Origin: a virus
Virus record (IMG/VR): IMGVR_UViG_3300027741_000020
Direction: 5' to 3' (one strand)
DNA: 64,000 bases
A program made the position numbers and the translations under genes. The notes beneath the pieces were generated by a model that saw only the letters and a list, made by a program, of their open reading frames with translations, was not told where the DNA came from and searched no databases. Below are positions 56,195 through 64,000 of this stretch, one piece after another (the first letter of the stretch is position 1; the number at the start of each line of letters is the position of its first letter).

Positions 56195-57292
56195 ATGGCA
56201 CAAAATCCTTTAAGAAAAACCGATAGAATATTTCAAATAAAACGTGAAGCAAACGATGTTAAGCAGAGCGTAACTTTATTTGATGTTGATTCTGCCATGC
56301 TCACATATTTGGAAGATGTTGTATTACCAAAATTAGACGATAATGGGATATCTATAAAGATACCAGTAATATATGGTAATTCGGAAAGATGGAACGGAGC
56401 TCGTAGACAAGGTGTATATAGAGATATACATGGTAAGATACAATTACCAATAATGATGTTACGAAGAACGACCATTGCAAAAAATGATTCAATGCCAATG
56501 TTAAACCGACATGTATCATATCAAGCCATTACGAGATGGTCTAAAGATAATCGTTATGATAGATTTGGACTAATGACAGGTGTATCGCCAAAATATGATA
56601 TTTATAATGTAACAATGCCAGACTATGTAGATATAAATTATGAATGTATGGGTTGGGCATCATTTACAGAGCAACTTAATACGATAGTTGAATCTTTAAC
56701 ATGGGCATCCGATGAATATTGGGGAGATAAAACAAAATTCAAATTTAATACAACTATTACTGATTACACAATTGTAAATGAAGTTGGCGAAGGTACTGAG
56801 CGTATTAATCGTGTAGAATTTAATTTGAATGTTAAAGCATATTTATTACCTGAACAATTTGATGGTGAAAGTACAACTAAAAAGGGATTCAACGTAAGCA
56901 AACTTATTATTTCAAATGAAGTGGATTTGACGGCAAATGGTAGATTGGAAAACCTTTTAGTAAATGAATCATCTTATAATTCAAATAAAGATGTTGTAGA
57001 CTATCTTGCCATAAATACAACAAATACCGCAACTGTATCGGTTGCAAATACAATAAATTTTTCTGTTATTAAACTAATCCCACCACCAGTTATTATAGCT
57101 GGCGGTATAACTACGAGTTTGACCGCAAATAGTATTGGATACGATATAAAAGTTTATAAAAATACAAATACTCTATTGACACAGGGTTCGGATTTTGTAG
57201 TAACATATACAAATAATAATTTGACATTTACAAGTCTAAATGCGGCAATTGGCGATACAATTACTATTATCGGTAAGTTTATAAATTTATAA
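56195..57292 (+). CDS. gp15: Tail terminator / sheath stabiliser gp15-like
   Basis: KIPVIYGNSERW, IQLPIMMLRRT, PDYVDINYE, EQLNTIVE. Confidence 0.75.
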   Translation: MAQNPLRKTDRIFQIKREANDVKQSVTLFDVDSAMLTYLEDVVLPKLDDNGISIKIPVIYGNSERWNGARRQGVYRDIHGKIQLPIMMLRRTTIAKNDSMPMLNRHVSYQAITRWSKDNRYDRFGLMTGVSPKYDIYNVTMPDYVDINYECMGWASFTEQLNTIVESLTWASDEYWGDKTKFKFNTTITDYTIVNEVGEGTERINRVEFNLNVKAYLLPEQFDGESTTKKGFNVSKLIISNEVDLTANGRLENLLVNESSYNSNKDVVDYLAINTTNTATVSVANTINFSVIKLIPPPVIIAGGITTSLTANSIGYDIKVYKNTNTLLTQGSDFVVTYTNNNLTFTSLNAAIGDTITIIGKFINL

Positions 57293-57319
57293 TAAAATAT
57301 TTATACATAAAATAATAAT

Positions 57320-57706
57320 ATGGCAGCTGGAAAATATAATTTTACAATAGAACAGGGAACAACTGTTAATTTTGAATTACAATATAAAAATGCAAGTGGT
57401 AGTGCTATTAATTTGACTGGTTATAGTGCTAGAATGCAAATAAGACCTGATTATGCAGATAATACAAAAACTTCATATCTTTATATATCAAGTTCTTTAA
57501 ATAGCGATGGGACGGGGCTTAATTTTAGCGGTTCAAGCAATCTAAATTCACCAACATCTGGAACGATAGGAGTATATATATCTGCCGCATCTTCATCGGC
57601 ATTACATTTTGATACGGCAGTATATGATTTGGAATTGCAAACCGGAAGTTTGGTAACAAGATTATTACAAGGTACAATAAAACTAAGTAAAGAAGTAACA
57701 CGTTAA
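57320..57706 (+). CDS. Ig-like structural adaptor protein (BppU-like)
   Basis: YNFTIEQGTT...INLTGYSARMQIR...VYDLEL...RLLQG. Confidence 0.6.
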   Translation: MAAGKYNFTIEQGTTVNFELQYKNASGSAINLTGYSARMQIRPDYADNTKTSYLYISSSLNSDGTGLNFSGSSNLNSPTSGTIGVYISAASSSALHFDTAVYDLELQTGSLVTRLLQGTIKLSKEVTR

Positions 57707-57708
57707 CA

Positions 57709-59622
57709 ATGGCAGATACATCATTAAATATAATATCATCGGATGCAAATTCGGTATCGGTGACAAGTCAAAATAGCTCTGTTACTATTAATACGAATGG
57801 AGTTACCAATGATATAACAATTCCAGCATCGGAAATATCCACTGTGCGAATTGTAACAGTCGGCCCACCAGGCCCAACGGGCCCACCTGGATCATCCGGT
57901 GGAGCAGGTTCGGGATTCCCCTTTTCAGGAAGCGGAGTTATAAGCGGTAGTTTACTTATATCTGGTAGTGGATTAATTGTAACGGGATCTATATTTGTAA
58001 CAAACGGATTTACAGGATCATTGTTTGGTACAGCTAGTTGGGCCACAAACTTTGTATCTGCTTCGTATTATGTTTTAAATAATCAGACTAGTTCATTTAT
58101 AACAAGCGGAAGTATTGGAATAACTCAAACAATAAGTGGTAGCTTAGCAATAAGTCAAAACTTAACAATGTTGGGCACATCATCAATTATATATGGCACA
58201 GCATCAAATTCATTAACTGCTTCTTATATAACCCCATTAAGTCAAAGTGTTATTATAACTGGTTCAATAACACTTGCTGGTGGTTCTAGATTAACAAATC
58301 AGTATGATTATTCCAGTATTGATATACAAGCGGGCCCAGGAGGATATGTGGAATTATTATCAAATAATACACAAACATCTATTTGGGTTACTGATGAAAA
58401 TGCAAATATTATCACATCAGCTGGAGATTATTATTGGGGATTTAACAAAGATGGTACAACAACGATACCAGGCGGAGTAAATATTAGCGGTAGCCAAACA
58501 ATAACAGGTTCATTAAGTGTAACCACAGGTATAACTGGATCATTGTTTGGTACAGCAAGTTGGGCTAGAAACTTTGTATCGGCTTCGTATTACGTTTTAA
58601 ATAATCAGACTAGTAGCTTTGTTCAAAATTCACAGACTAGCTCATTCTTATTAAATAGTGTTACAAGTTCGATGCTATCTTTGTATGTACAAAATAGTTA
58701 TACATCATCTGTCAATACTTCTATAAGTAACTTAAATACTACAACTGCAAGTTTAAATACTTCTATAAGTAACTTAAATACTACAACTGCAAGTTTAAAT
58801 ACTTCTATAAGTAACTTAAATACATTCACCGCATCTGTTATAGTAAATTATGTAGCAAATACACAAACTGGCTCATTTGTAACAAATTCAAAAACAGGTT
58901 CATTCATAACAATCGGAAGTAGCGGAATAACTCAAACAATAAGTGGTAGCTTGGTAATAAGTCAAAACTTAACGGTGTTGGGTAGTTCATCGATTGTATA
59001 TGTTACATCTTCTCAATTAAATATTAGTACAAACATAATTACTGTAAATACTTCAACTCCCGCAATAAGATTTGGAGGATTAGCAGTTTACGATTCGGGA
59101 TCAACAGGTAAAACGGGATCTATATTATGGGATAGTCAAAACGATCAATGGATATATAGTAACCCATCGGGTGCACTTTATGATGGTGCCTTATTTTTAG
59201 TAGGACCAAGAAACAATACTGGTATGGGTAATGAATCCCCAATCAATATAGGGTATGCAGCTGTAGGGGATGGTGGACATCATATGACTTCATCCTTAAT
59301 TTATAATAGTGGCTCTTTAATACGATTGGAAACTAATACTCAAATAACGGGATCACTCAATGTATCGAATGGTATAACCGGTTCACTACAATCATTAAAA
59401 GCGGCATCTGGATCTGTAGCATCTTTTAGTGGTACTCCAAGGATATCAAGCGTAACATTCACATCTACATTTGCAAATAATTTATATGCAGTAAATGTAA
59501 TTGGAGAAGATGCAAGAATGTGGACAATAGAATCAAAAACATCAGCAGGATTCACAATAAATTCAAATTCATCAGTTGCATTAACGGGTCCAGTATATTG
59601 GATAGCAACATCATATAATTAA
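57709..59622 (+). CDS. Tail fibre-like protein with TGS/SGS repeats
   Basis: GPPGPTGPPG collagen-like triplets, many ITGSL repeats, internal duplications. Confidence 0.7.
   Translation: MADTSLNIISSDANSVSVTSQNSSVTINTNGVTNDITIPASEISTVRIVTVGPPGPTGPPGSSGGAGSGFPFSGSGVISGSLLISGSGLIVTGSIFVTNGFTGSLFGTASWATNFVSASYYVLNNQTSSFITSGSIGITQTISGSLAISQNLTMLGTSSIIYGTASNSLTASYITPLSQSVIITGSITLAGGSRLTNQYDYSSIDIQAGPGGYVELLSNNTQTSIWVTDENANIITSAGDYYWGFNKDGTTTIPGGVNISGSQTITGSLSVTTGITGSLFGTASWARNFVSASYYVLNNQTSSFVQNSQTSSFLLNSVTSSMLSLYVQNSYTSSVNTSISNLNTTTASLNTSISNLNTTTASLNTSISNLNTFTASVIVNYVANTQTGSFVTNSKTGSFITIGSSGITQTISGSLVISQNLTVLGSSSIVYVTSSQLNISTNIITVNTSTPAIRFGGLAVYDSGSTGKTGSILWDSQNDQWIYSNPSGALYDGALFLVGPRNNTGMGNESPINIGYAAVGDGGHHMTSSLIYNSGSLIRLETNTQITGSLNVSNGITGSLQSLKAASGSVASFSGTPRISSVTFTSTFANNLYAVNVIGEDARMWTIESKTSAGFTINSNSSVALTGPVYWIATSYN
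58714..58823 (+). repeat. Perfect 42-nt tandem repeat (2.6 copies) encoding NTSISNLNTTTASL
   Basis: Units 58714-58755 and 58756-58797 are identical; partial copy 58798-58823. Confidence 0.95.
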
Positions 59623-59625
59623 AAT

Positions 59626-60063
59626 ATGGGAATTATAATAAATGGAACGCTTAACATAAACAATTTAAGTAAGACTAGTATTCGTAGTGAATATATACCG
59701 GTTTCAACCTACTTGGTGACTTACGATGCTGGATTATTAACAATACTAACCATTGGTAGTCTATCCGGTGCAAGACTCACCCCAGCCGCAAACAATATAA
59801 TAGTACCATTGGCACACCAATTTGATGCATCTTATACGGTTTATAGCGGATCTGCACCTCTAATTAATAACACACCAATAACACTAACGCTTAATAAGGG
59901 ACTGGCAGATACGGTATATAACGTAGGCATTGTGTATTATAATAAGAATGGAATTGCACAATCAACTTTAGCATTATCACCTGGAGCAGATAGTTATACA
60001 TTTAATGTTACTACTAATCAAAATGACTCAGTTGAATTTTATGTAAATACATTTAACGATTAA
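59626..60063 (+). CDS. Small beta-rich fibre-associated protein
   Basis: 145-aa ORF between two fibre genes. Confidence 0.6.
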   Translation: MGIIINGTLNINNLSKTSIRSEYIPVSTYLVTYDAGLLTILTIGSLSGARLTPAANNIIVPLAHQFDASYTVYSGSAPLINNTPITLTLNKGLADTVYNVGIVYYNKNGIAQSTLALSPGADSYTFNVTTNQNDSVEFYVNTFND

Positions 60064-60075
60064 TTAAAAACCAAA

Positions 60076-60495
60076 ATGCCAATAAATATAAATGGATATT
60101 CTAGAATAAATCGGAACGGTAGTATTAACATAAATACCGACCCTATGTTTGGTGTGCTACCTACAAATTTGCAAGTTTCATCGGATAATAATCCATCAAA
60201 TGCACTTTATATAAGTTCGGTATCAATAGGAGGAGGGCCCGCCTATATTATTAAAACAGGAACTTTTCCAGTGTATGGCAATGATGCAGCTGGTAATACA
60301 TTTTTATATGGGCATCATTTTGGAGGAACATCCATAACTATCTATGAATATACCGGCACTGCTACTATACAATTATATATAAATGGTGTAGAAATAGCAG
60401 CTGATATTAATGTGTTTATAGATCCACACATCTATACCTATACATTTACAGAAACGGATATAATACAAATTTCATTCACATCAATTATTTATTAA
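60076..60495 (+). CDS. Small beta-rich fibre-associated protein
   Basis: 139-aa ORF; N-terminus resembles the preceding gene (ININGY / IIINGT). Confidence 0.6.
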   Translation: MPININGYSRINRNGSININTDPMFGVLPTNLQVSSDNNPSNALYISSVSIGGGPAYIIKTGTFPVYGNDAAGNTFLYGHHFGGTSITIYEYTGTATIQLYINGVEIAADINVFIDPHIYTYTFTETDIIQISFTSIIY

Positions 60496-60498
60496 CAT

Positions 60499-62757
60499 AT
60501 GGCAATATTTTATACAGACACAGCGAGTTTTAATTCACTATCAGTTACAGGAAGTACTGTAATGTCGGCATCATCAAACAATCAAGCTCTACAACTTATT
60601 GGGAGTGGTTCTAATATATTTAGTGTAACCGGCAGTGGTGGTGGAATATTTGCTATAAATGATATAGCGGCTACTGATACAACTTTATTTTCAGTTTCAA
60701 CAGGCAGCACTAATATATTTTCAATCGACCAATCTAAAAATATAAGTATATCAGGTTCAATCTTTGTAACGGGCTCAAATAACTTTAATGGCAATACAAC
60801 AATAACAGGATCATTAATTACGTCAGGCGGTTTGGCAACCTTTAGAAATGGTGCAACGATAACAGGATCACTTAATGTATCCAATGGTGTAACCGGTTCT
60901 TTACTCGGCACATCATCATATGCATTAGTAGTACCTGCAACTGGTATAGTAGGAAACATAATAAGAATAGCAACTGGTTCGGTTACAGCTTCAGTTACAA
61001 CAACTGGATTTACAGTAGTGAGTGGTAGTATGACTGAATTATCCGTAACAGGTACAGGTGTTACTATGGGTAATGTTATAACAGATACACATAGAGTAAC
61101 AGGTTCATTAAATGTAACTGGTTCATTAAACGTATCAGGTTCTGCTACATTTAATACAACAGCAAGCGGATCAGGAGTTATTGGTACATCGTTTATCCAA
61201 ACAATATCTCCTACTGGAAGTACTCAAATACTTTACGGGTTAAAATCAGCGATGACAGTTTCTAATCCCAATAGCTTTACTGAAAACTCAAGAGCAATAG
61301 ACGTTTCATTATCACCAGGTCAATTAGTATTTACCAATGCTACTAGCCTTACCAGTTATGCTGCCGGTGGTGGAGACTCACCAACACTCGTAATTAATAG
61401 AACAGCTAGTTCTGGATTTTCTAACTTATATTTTGCCGGTAGTGGAACAAATGGTGCAGGGATACGATGGAATACGGGTGGTGAATTAAGAATACAGTCA
61501 TCCTTTTCTGCCGATAATGGAGCATGTATAACTTTCTTGACCGGTAATATTGAAAGAGCTAGATTTACTTCAGGTAGTACAGGTAATTTTGTAATAGGTA
61601 CTACAGCAGATAACGGATATAGGTTACAAGTATCATCAAGTATATCAGGTTCACTATCAGTAACCGGTGCTGTATCAGCAAGTGCGGCCTTGGCAAGATC
61701 AGTATTAATGACACCTACACTAATAGCATCTGCTAGTAACGATGTATTAGTTGCACAAGATATCTCACCTACATTTACAACTAGTCCATTTTCACCGGTA
61801 AGTACCGTTGCTCTTAGATTACAATCTGGATCTTTAGTAATGGGTACAACAGGAAATGTAGTTAATAGTCAAGCAACCAGTAAACCTAGTATACTTATTA
61901 ATTCTACACAAGGTGTCCATGTTACAAGTAACCTAGCCAGTAATCCACCATCTTTCTACAACGGTAATACTTATGGTTATTCAATAGCTGGAACTGGTTA
62001 TGCTAATGGAGTAGCAGTCTCTATAGCTGGTAACAATGCGAATGATATAATTAACGGAACAGGATTTGGAGTTGCCGTATATAACGGTAATTCAAGTTTT
62101 TGTAGTATTACTACACCTGCAGTAGGTAAAACTGTGTATAACTATGCATCCATTCCAGTATACAACGGTGGAATATATACTAGTAGTGTACAATATGGAT
62201 TCTTTAGTAGACCATATTTCGGTACCGGTACTACTAATACACTTGGTACATTCGTTGATTTTACAACAGATCCTGCAGTTTTACAAGGTACAGTAACAGC
62301 GTCGATAGCAAATAGGTACGGTGTATACTTAAATCATGACGCTAACAGTGTTACTACTGGTAGCTGGGGTGTTTATCAAACAAATGTAAATGTAAAAAAT
62401 TATTTTAACGGTAATACAATAATTGGCGGTACTGCTACCGATAATGGTTATAAATTACAAGTATCACCAGGTCCATCAGGCTCACTATGGGTATCGGGGT
62501 CAGCTGTAATAACAGGTTCTCTATTCATGCCTTCGGGTTCAAATGCGAGAGTAGGTACAGCAACACTGGTAGCAGGTAATACACTAGTAAGCAATACAAC
62601 AGTTACTGCTAACTCATTAATTTATCTAACCACTCAAATAGTAGGAGGAACACCAGGAGCATTATACATAGGTGCTAAATCAGCCGGTACTTCATTTGCA
62701 GTATCATCATCAAACGTAGCCGATACATCAACCTTTGCATACTTTATAATCAACTAA
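60499..62757 (+). CDS. Tail fibre / receptor-binding protein
   Basis: ITGSL repeats, duplicated IG(G)T(A)TADNGY(R/K)LQVS-type motif, C-terminal GTATLVAG...VTANSLIYLT domain. Confidence 0.7.
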   Translation: MAIFYTDTASFNSLSVTGSTVMSASSNNQALQLIGSGSNIFSVTGSGGGIFAINDIAATDTTLFSVSTGSTNIFSIDQSKNISISGSIFVTGSNNFNGNTTITGSLITSGGLATFRNGATITGSLNVSNGVTGSLLGTSSYALVVPATGIVGNIIRIATGSVTASVTTTGFTVVSGSMTELSVTGTGVTMGNVITDTHRVTGSLNVTGSLNVSGSATFNTTASGSGVIGTSFIQTISPTGSTQILYGLKSAMTVSNPNSFTENSRAIDVSLSPGQLVFTNATSLTSYAAGGGDSPTLVINRTASSGFSNLYFAGSGTNGAGIRWNTGGELRIQSSFSADNGACITFLTGNIERARFTSGSTGNFVIGTTADNGYRLQVSSSISGSLSVTGAVSASAALARSVLMTPTLIASASNDVLVAQDISPTFTTSPFSPVSTVALRLQSGSLVMGTTGNVVNSQATSKPSILINSTQGVHVTSNLASNPPSFYNGNTYGYSIAGTGYANGVAVSIAGNNANDIINGTGFGVAVYNGNSSFCSITTPAVGKTVYNYASIPVYNGGIYTSSVQYGFFSRPYFGTGTTNTLGTFVDFTTDPAVLQGTVTASIANRYGVYLNHDANSVTTGSWGVYQTNVNVKNYFNGNTIIGGTATDNGYKLQVSPGPSGSLWVSGSAVITGSLFMPSGSNARVGTATLVAGNTLVSNTTVTANSLIYLTTQIVGGTPGALYIGAKSAGTSFAVSSSNVADTSTFAYFIIN

Positions 62758-62766
62758 AAATATAAT

Positions 62767-62982
62767 ATGAAAGAAATAACAATTACAACAACAAAAGTAA
62801 TAACCAAAATAAAATGGTTTATGACAGGCTATCCAGTGAGTACAATGAGTTACTATGAACTACAGACCGAAAGTGGAGAAGTGGTAAGTAGCGGTACTTT
62901 AAATATACCCCAAGAAGTAATAGATGTATGGGGGATAGACGATAGTGTGATAGAAAACTATATAATAAGTCAAATCAGTTAA
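62767..62982 (+). CDS. Small acidic protein, possible fibre assembly chaperone
   Basis: 71 aa directly after the fibre gene. Confidence 0.5.
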   Translation: MKEITITTTKVITKIKWFMTGYPVSTMSYYELQTESGEVVSSGTLNIPQEVIDVWGIDDSVIENYIISQIS

Positions 62983-63114
62983 AATAAAATATAATGTATA
63001 AGCTCCGATTTGGCTATTAATTTAAAAATTTTATAGTATTATACTATATAATTTATGTTTTGATTTTGAATATTATATTTATATTGAGAAATCAAAATTT
63101 AAAAACAATATACA

Positions 63115-64000
63115 ATGGCAGAAAAAATAGTATCACCAGGCGTATTCACAAGAGAAAACGACCTATCATTTTTACAGCAAGGAGTTGCTGCAATTGGCGC
63201 AGCATTCATAGGGCCTTTTAAAGAAGGGCCAATAGTACCAACTATCGTAGAATCGCAAGCAGATTTTCAAACTTTATTCGGAACGGTAGATGATACATAT
63301 TACACACCATTAGCAGTACAATCGTATCTTAAAGAATCTGGAACGGCTACAATATGTAGAGTTTTGGGATTGAATGGATATAGTGCTTCTGTTCCAATTT
63401 TATTATCGGTAACATCTGGTAGTGGAGCTAGTGCATACACTGCTTCTATTGCTGTATTGTTCCCAACATCAAATAATACATTATCAACGGGATTGAGTGG
63501 ATCTAATATATTCGCAACATCTTCAGTAGGAGCTGGTGATTTTAATATAACCATTACCGGATCTAACTCAAATACTTTTTCTGGTTCAACTTCAATTGAT
63601 CCAGATGATCCTAATAATATTATAAATGTATTCGGAAATGACCCGTTAGGACCTAAAGGCGCATATGTATACGCATTCTTTAAAAATATCAAATATAGTG
63701 CTACTAATACGACTGGTAAAATACCTTTCGATGCTTTTAGTTCAGCATCATTTACCCTATTAGGTACACAGCAATTTGCAATGGATGCAAAAGAAGCACG
63801 TACTCCTTACATCCAATCACAATTAATCGCAGGTCAAAGATATAATCTATTTCGTTTTGAAACAATTGGAGCAGGCAACGCAGCAAACACTAAAGTAAAA
63901 ATTGGCATCTCAAATATTAAAAGAGCAGGTTCTGTATCTGGAACTGATTATGGTACGTTTACTATAACTGTTAGAGCATTCGATGATACCAATAAAACAA
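63115..64000 (+). CDS. gp18: Tail sheath protein (gp18-like), 3'-truncated by window end; missing from the ORF track
   Basis: MAEKIVSPGVFTRENDLSF...AAFIGPFKEGPIVPTIVES..DFQTLFG. Confidence 0.92.
   Translation, partial: MAEKIVSPGVFTRENDLSFLQQGVAAIGAAFIGPFKEGPIVPTIVESQADFQTLFGTVDDTYYTPLAVQSYLKESGTATICRVLGLNGYSASVPILLSVTSGSGASAYTASIAVLFPTSNNTLSTGLSGSNIFATSSVGAGDFNITITGSNSNTFSGSTSIDPDDPNNIINVFGNDPLGPKGAYVYAFFKNIKYSATNTTGKIPFDAFSSASFTLLGTQQFAMDAKEARTPYIQSQLIAGQRYNLFRFETIGAGNAANTKVKIGISNIKRAGSVSGTDYGTFTITVRAFDDTNKT

Noticed and set aside
58714-58823. CRISPR-like array
   Set aside because: The repeats are head-to-tail with no spacers, in frame, inside a CDS.
57709-62757. Diversity-generating retroelement (TR/VR) in the fibre genes
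   Set aside because: Differences between repeat copies are not adenine-specific and are mostly synonymous, and no reverse transcriptase is present in the window.
63009-63040. Bacteroidota-type promoter before the sheath gene
   Set aside because: TTTG at 63009 has no TAnnTTT(G/A) at 19-21 nt spacing.
715-63692. All minus-strand and short nested ORFs in the track (e.g. 14814-15179, 15569-15781, 46936-47469, 60582-60959, 63300-63692)
   Set aside because: They are antisense shadows of well-supported + strand genes. The Val/Pro-rich ones mirror Thr/Gly tracts. None has a recognisable motif or leader.
1-64000. Stop-codon reassignment
   Set aside because: Terminase, portal, capsid, primase and UvsE are full length under code 11. 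The one broken gene is a frameshift, not an in-frame stop.
1-64000. tRNA or rRNA genes
   Set aside because: The intergenic gaps are short and AT-rich, and I saw no cloverleaf or T-loop GTTCRA signature by eye (tRNAscan not run).

Overview
AT-rich (about 30% GC by eye) 64-kb segment of a large T4-like myovirus (jumbo-phage type), read with the standard code. Every credible gene is on the + strand. Order: accessory/host-takeover block (catalytic-only class II aaRS-like protein, HD protein, Hsp20, frameshifted membrane protein, UvsE, peptide deformylase, gp55-like late sigma); baseplate block (gp5-, gp25-, gp6-, gp7-like genes, a Hint-domain protein, three DUF3751-like paralogues); T7-type endonuclease I, primase, GT2, fused Mre11-Rad50; an FN3 tail protein, a second glycosyltransferase and a 1682-aa multi-enzyme protein; terminase, portal, many head-internal proteins, prohead protease, scaffold, major capsid protein, a free-standing GIY-YIG endonuclease, neck gp13/14/15, tail fibres and the start of the tail sheath. 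Six TTTG-N19/20-TAnnTTT(G/A) promoters and A-rich leaders without Shine-Dalgarno point to a Bacteroidota host. The most interesting signals are: (1) long polyproteins punctuated by (I/L/V)xE sites that look like prohead-protease substrates, one carrying a HIGH nucleotidyltransferase, a Gly-zipper, an HExxH peptidase and a KxDG ligase-like domain; (2) a candidate virion O-glycosylation system (GT95/96-like enzyme, GT2, poly-Thr tracts); (3) a Hint auto-processing domain on a baseplate-region protein; (4) a sigma54-like promoter plus palindrome in front of Hsp20. All family assignments come from motif recognition by eye; no database search was run.
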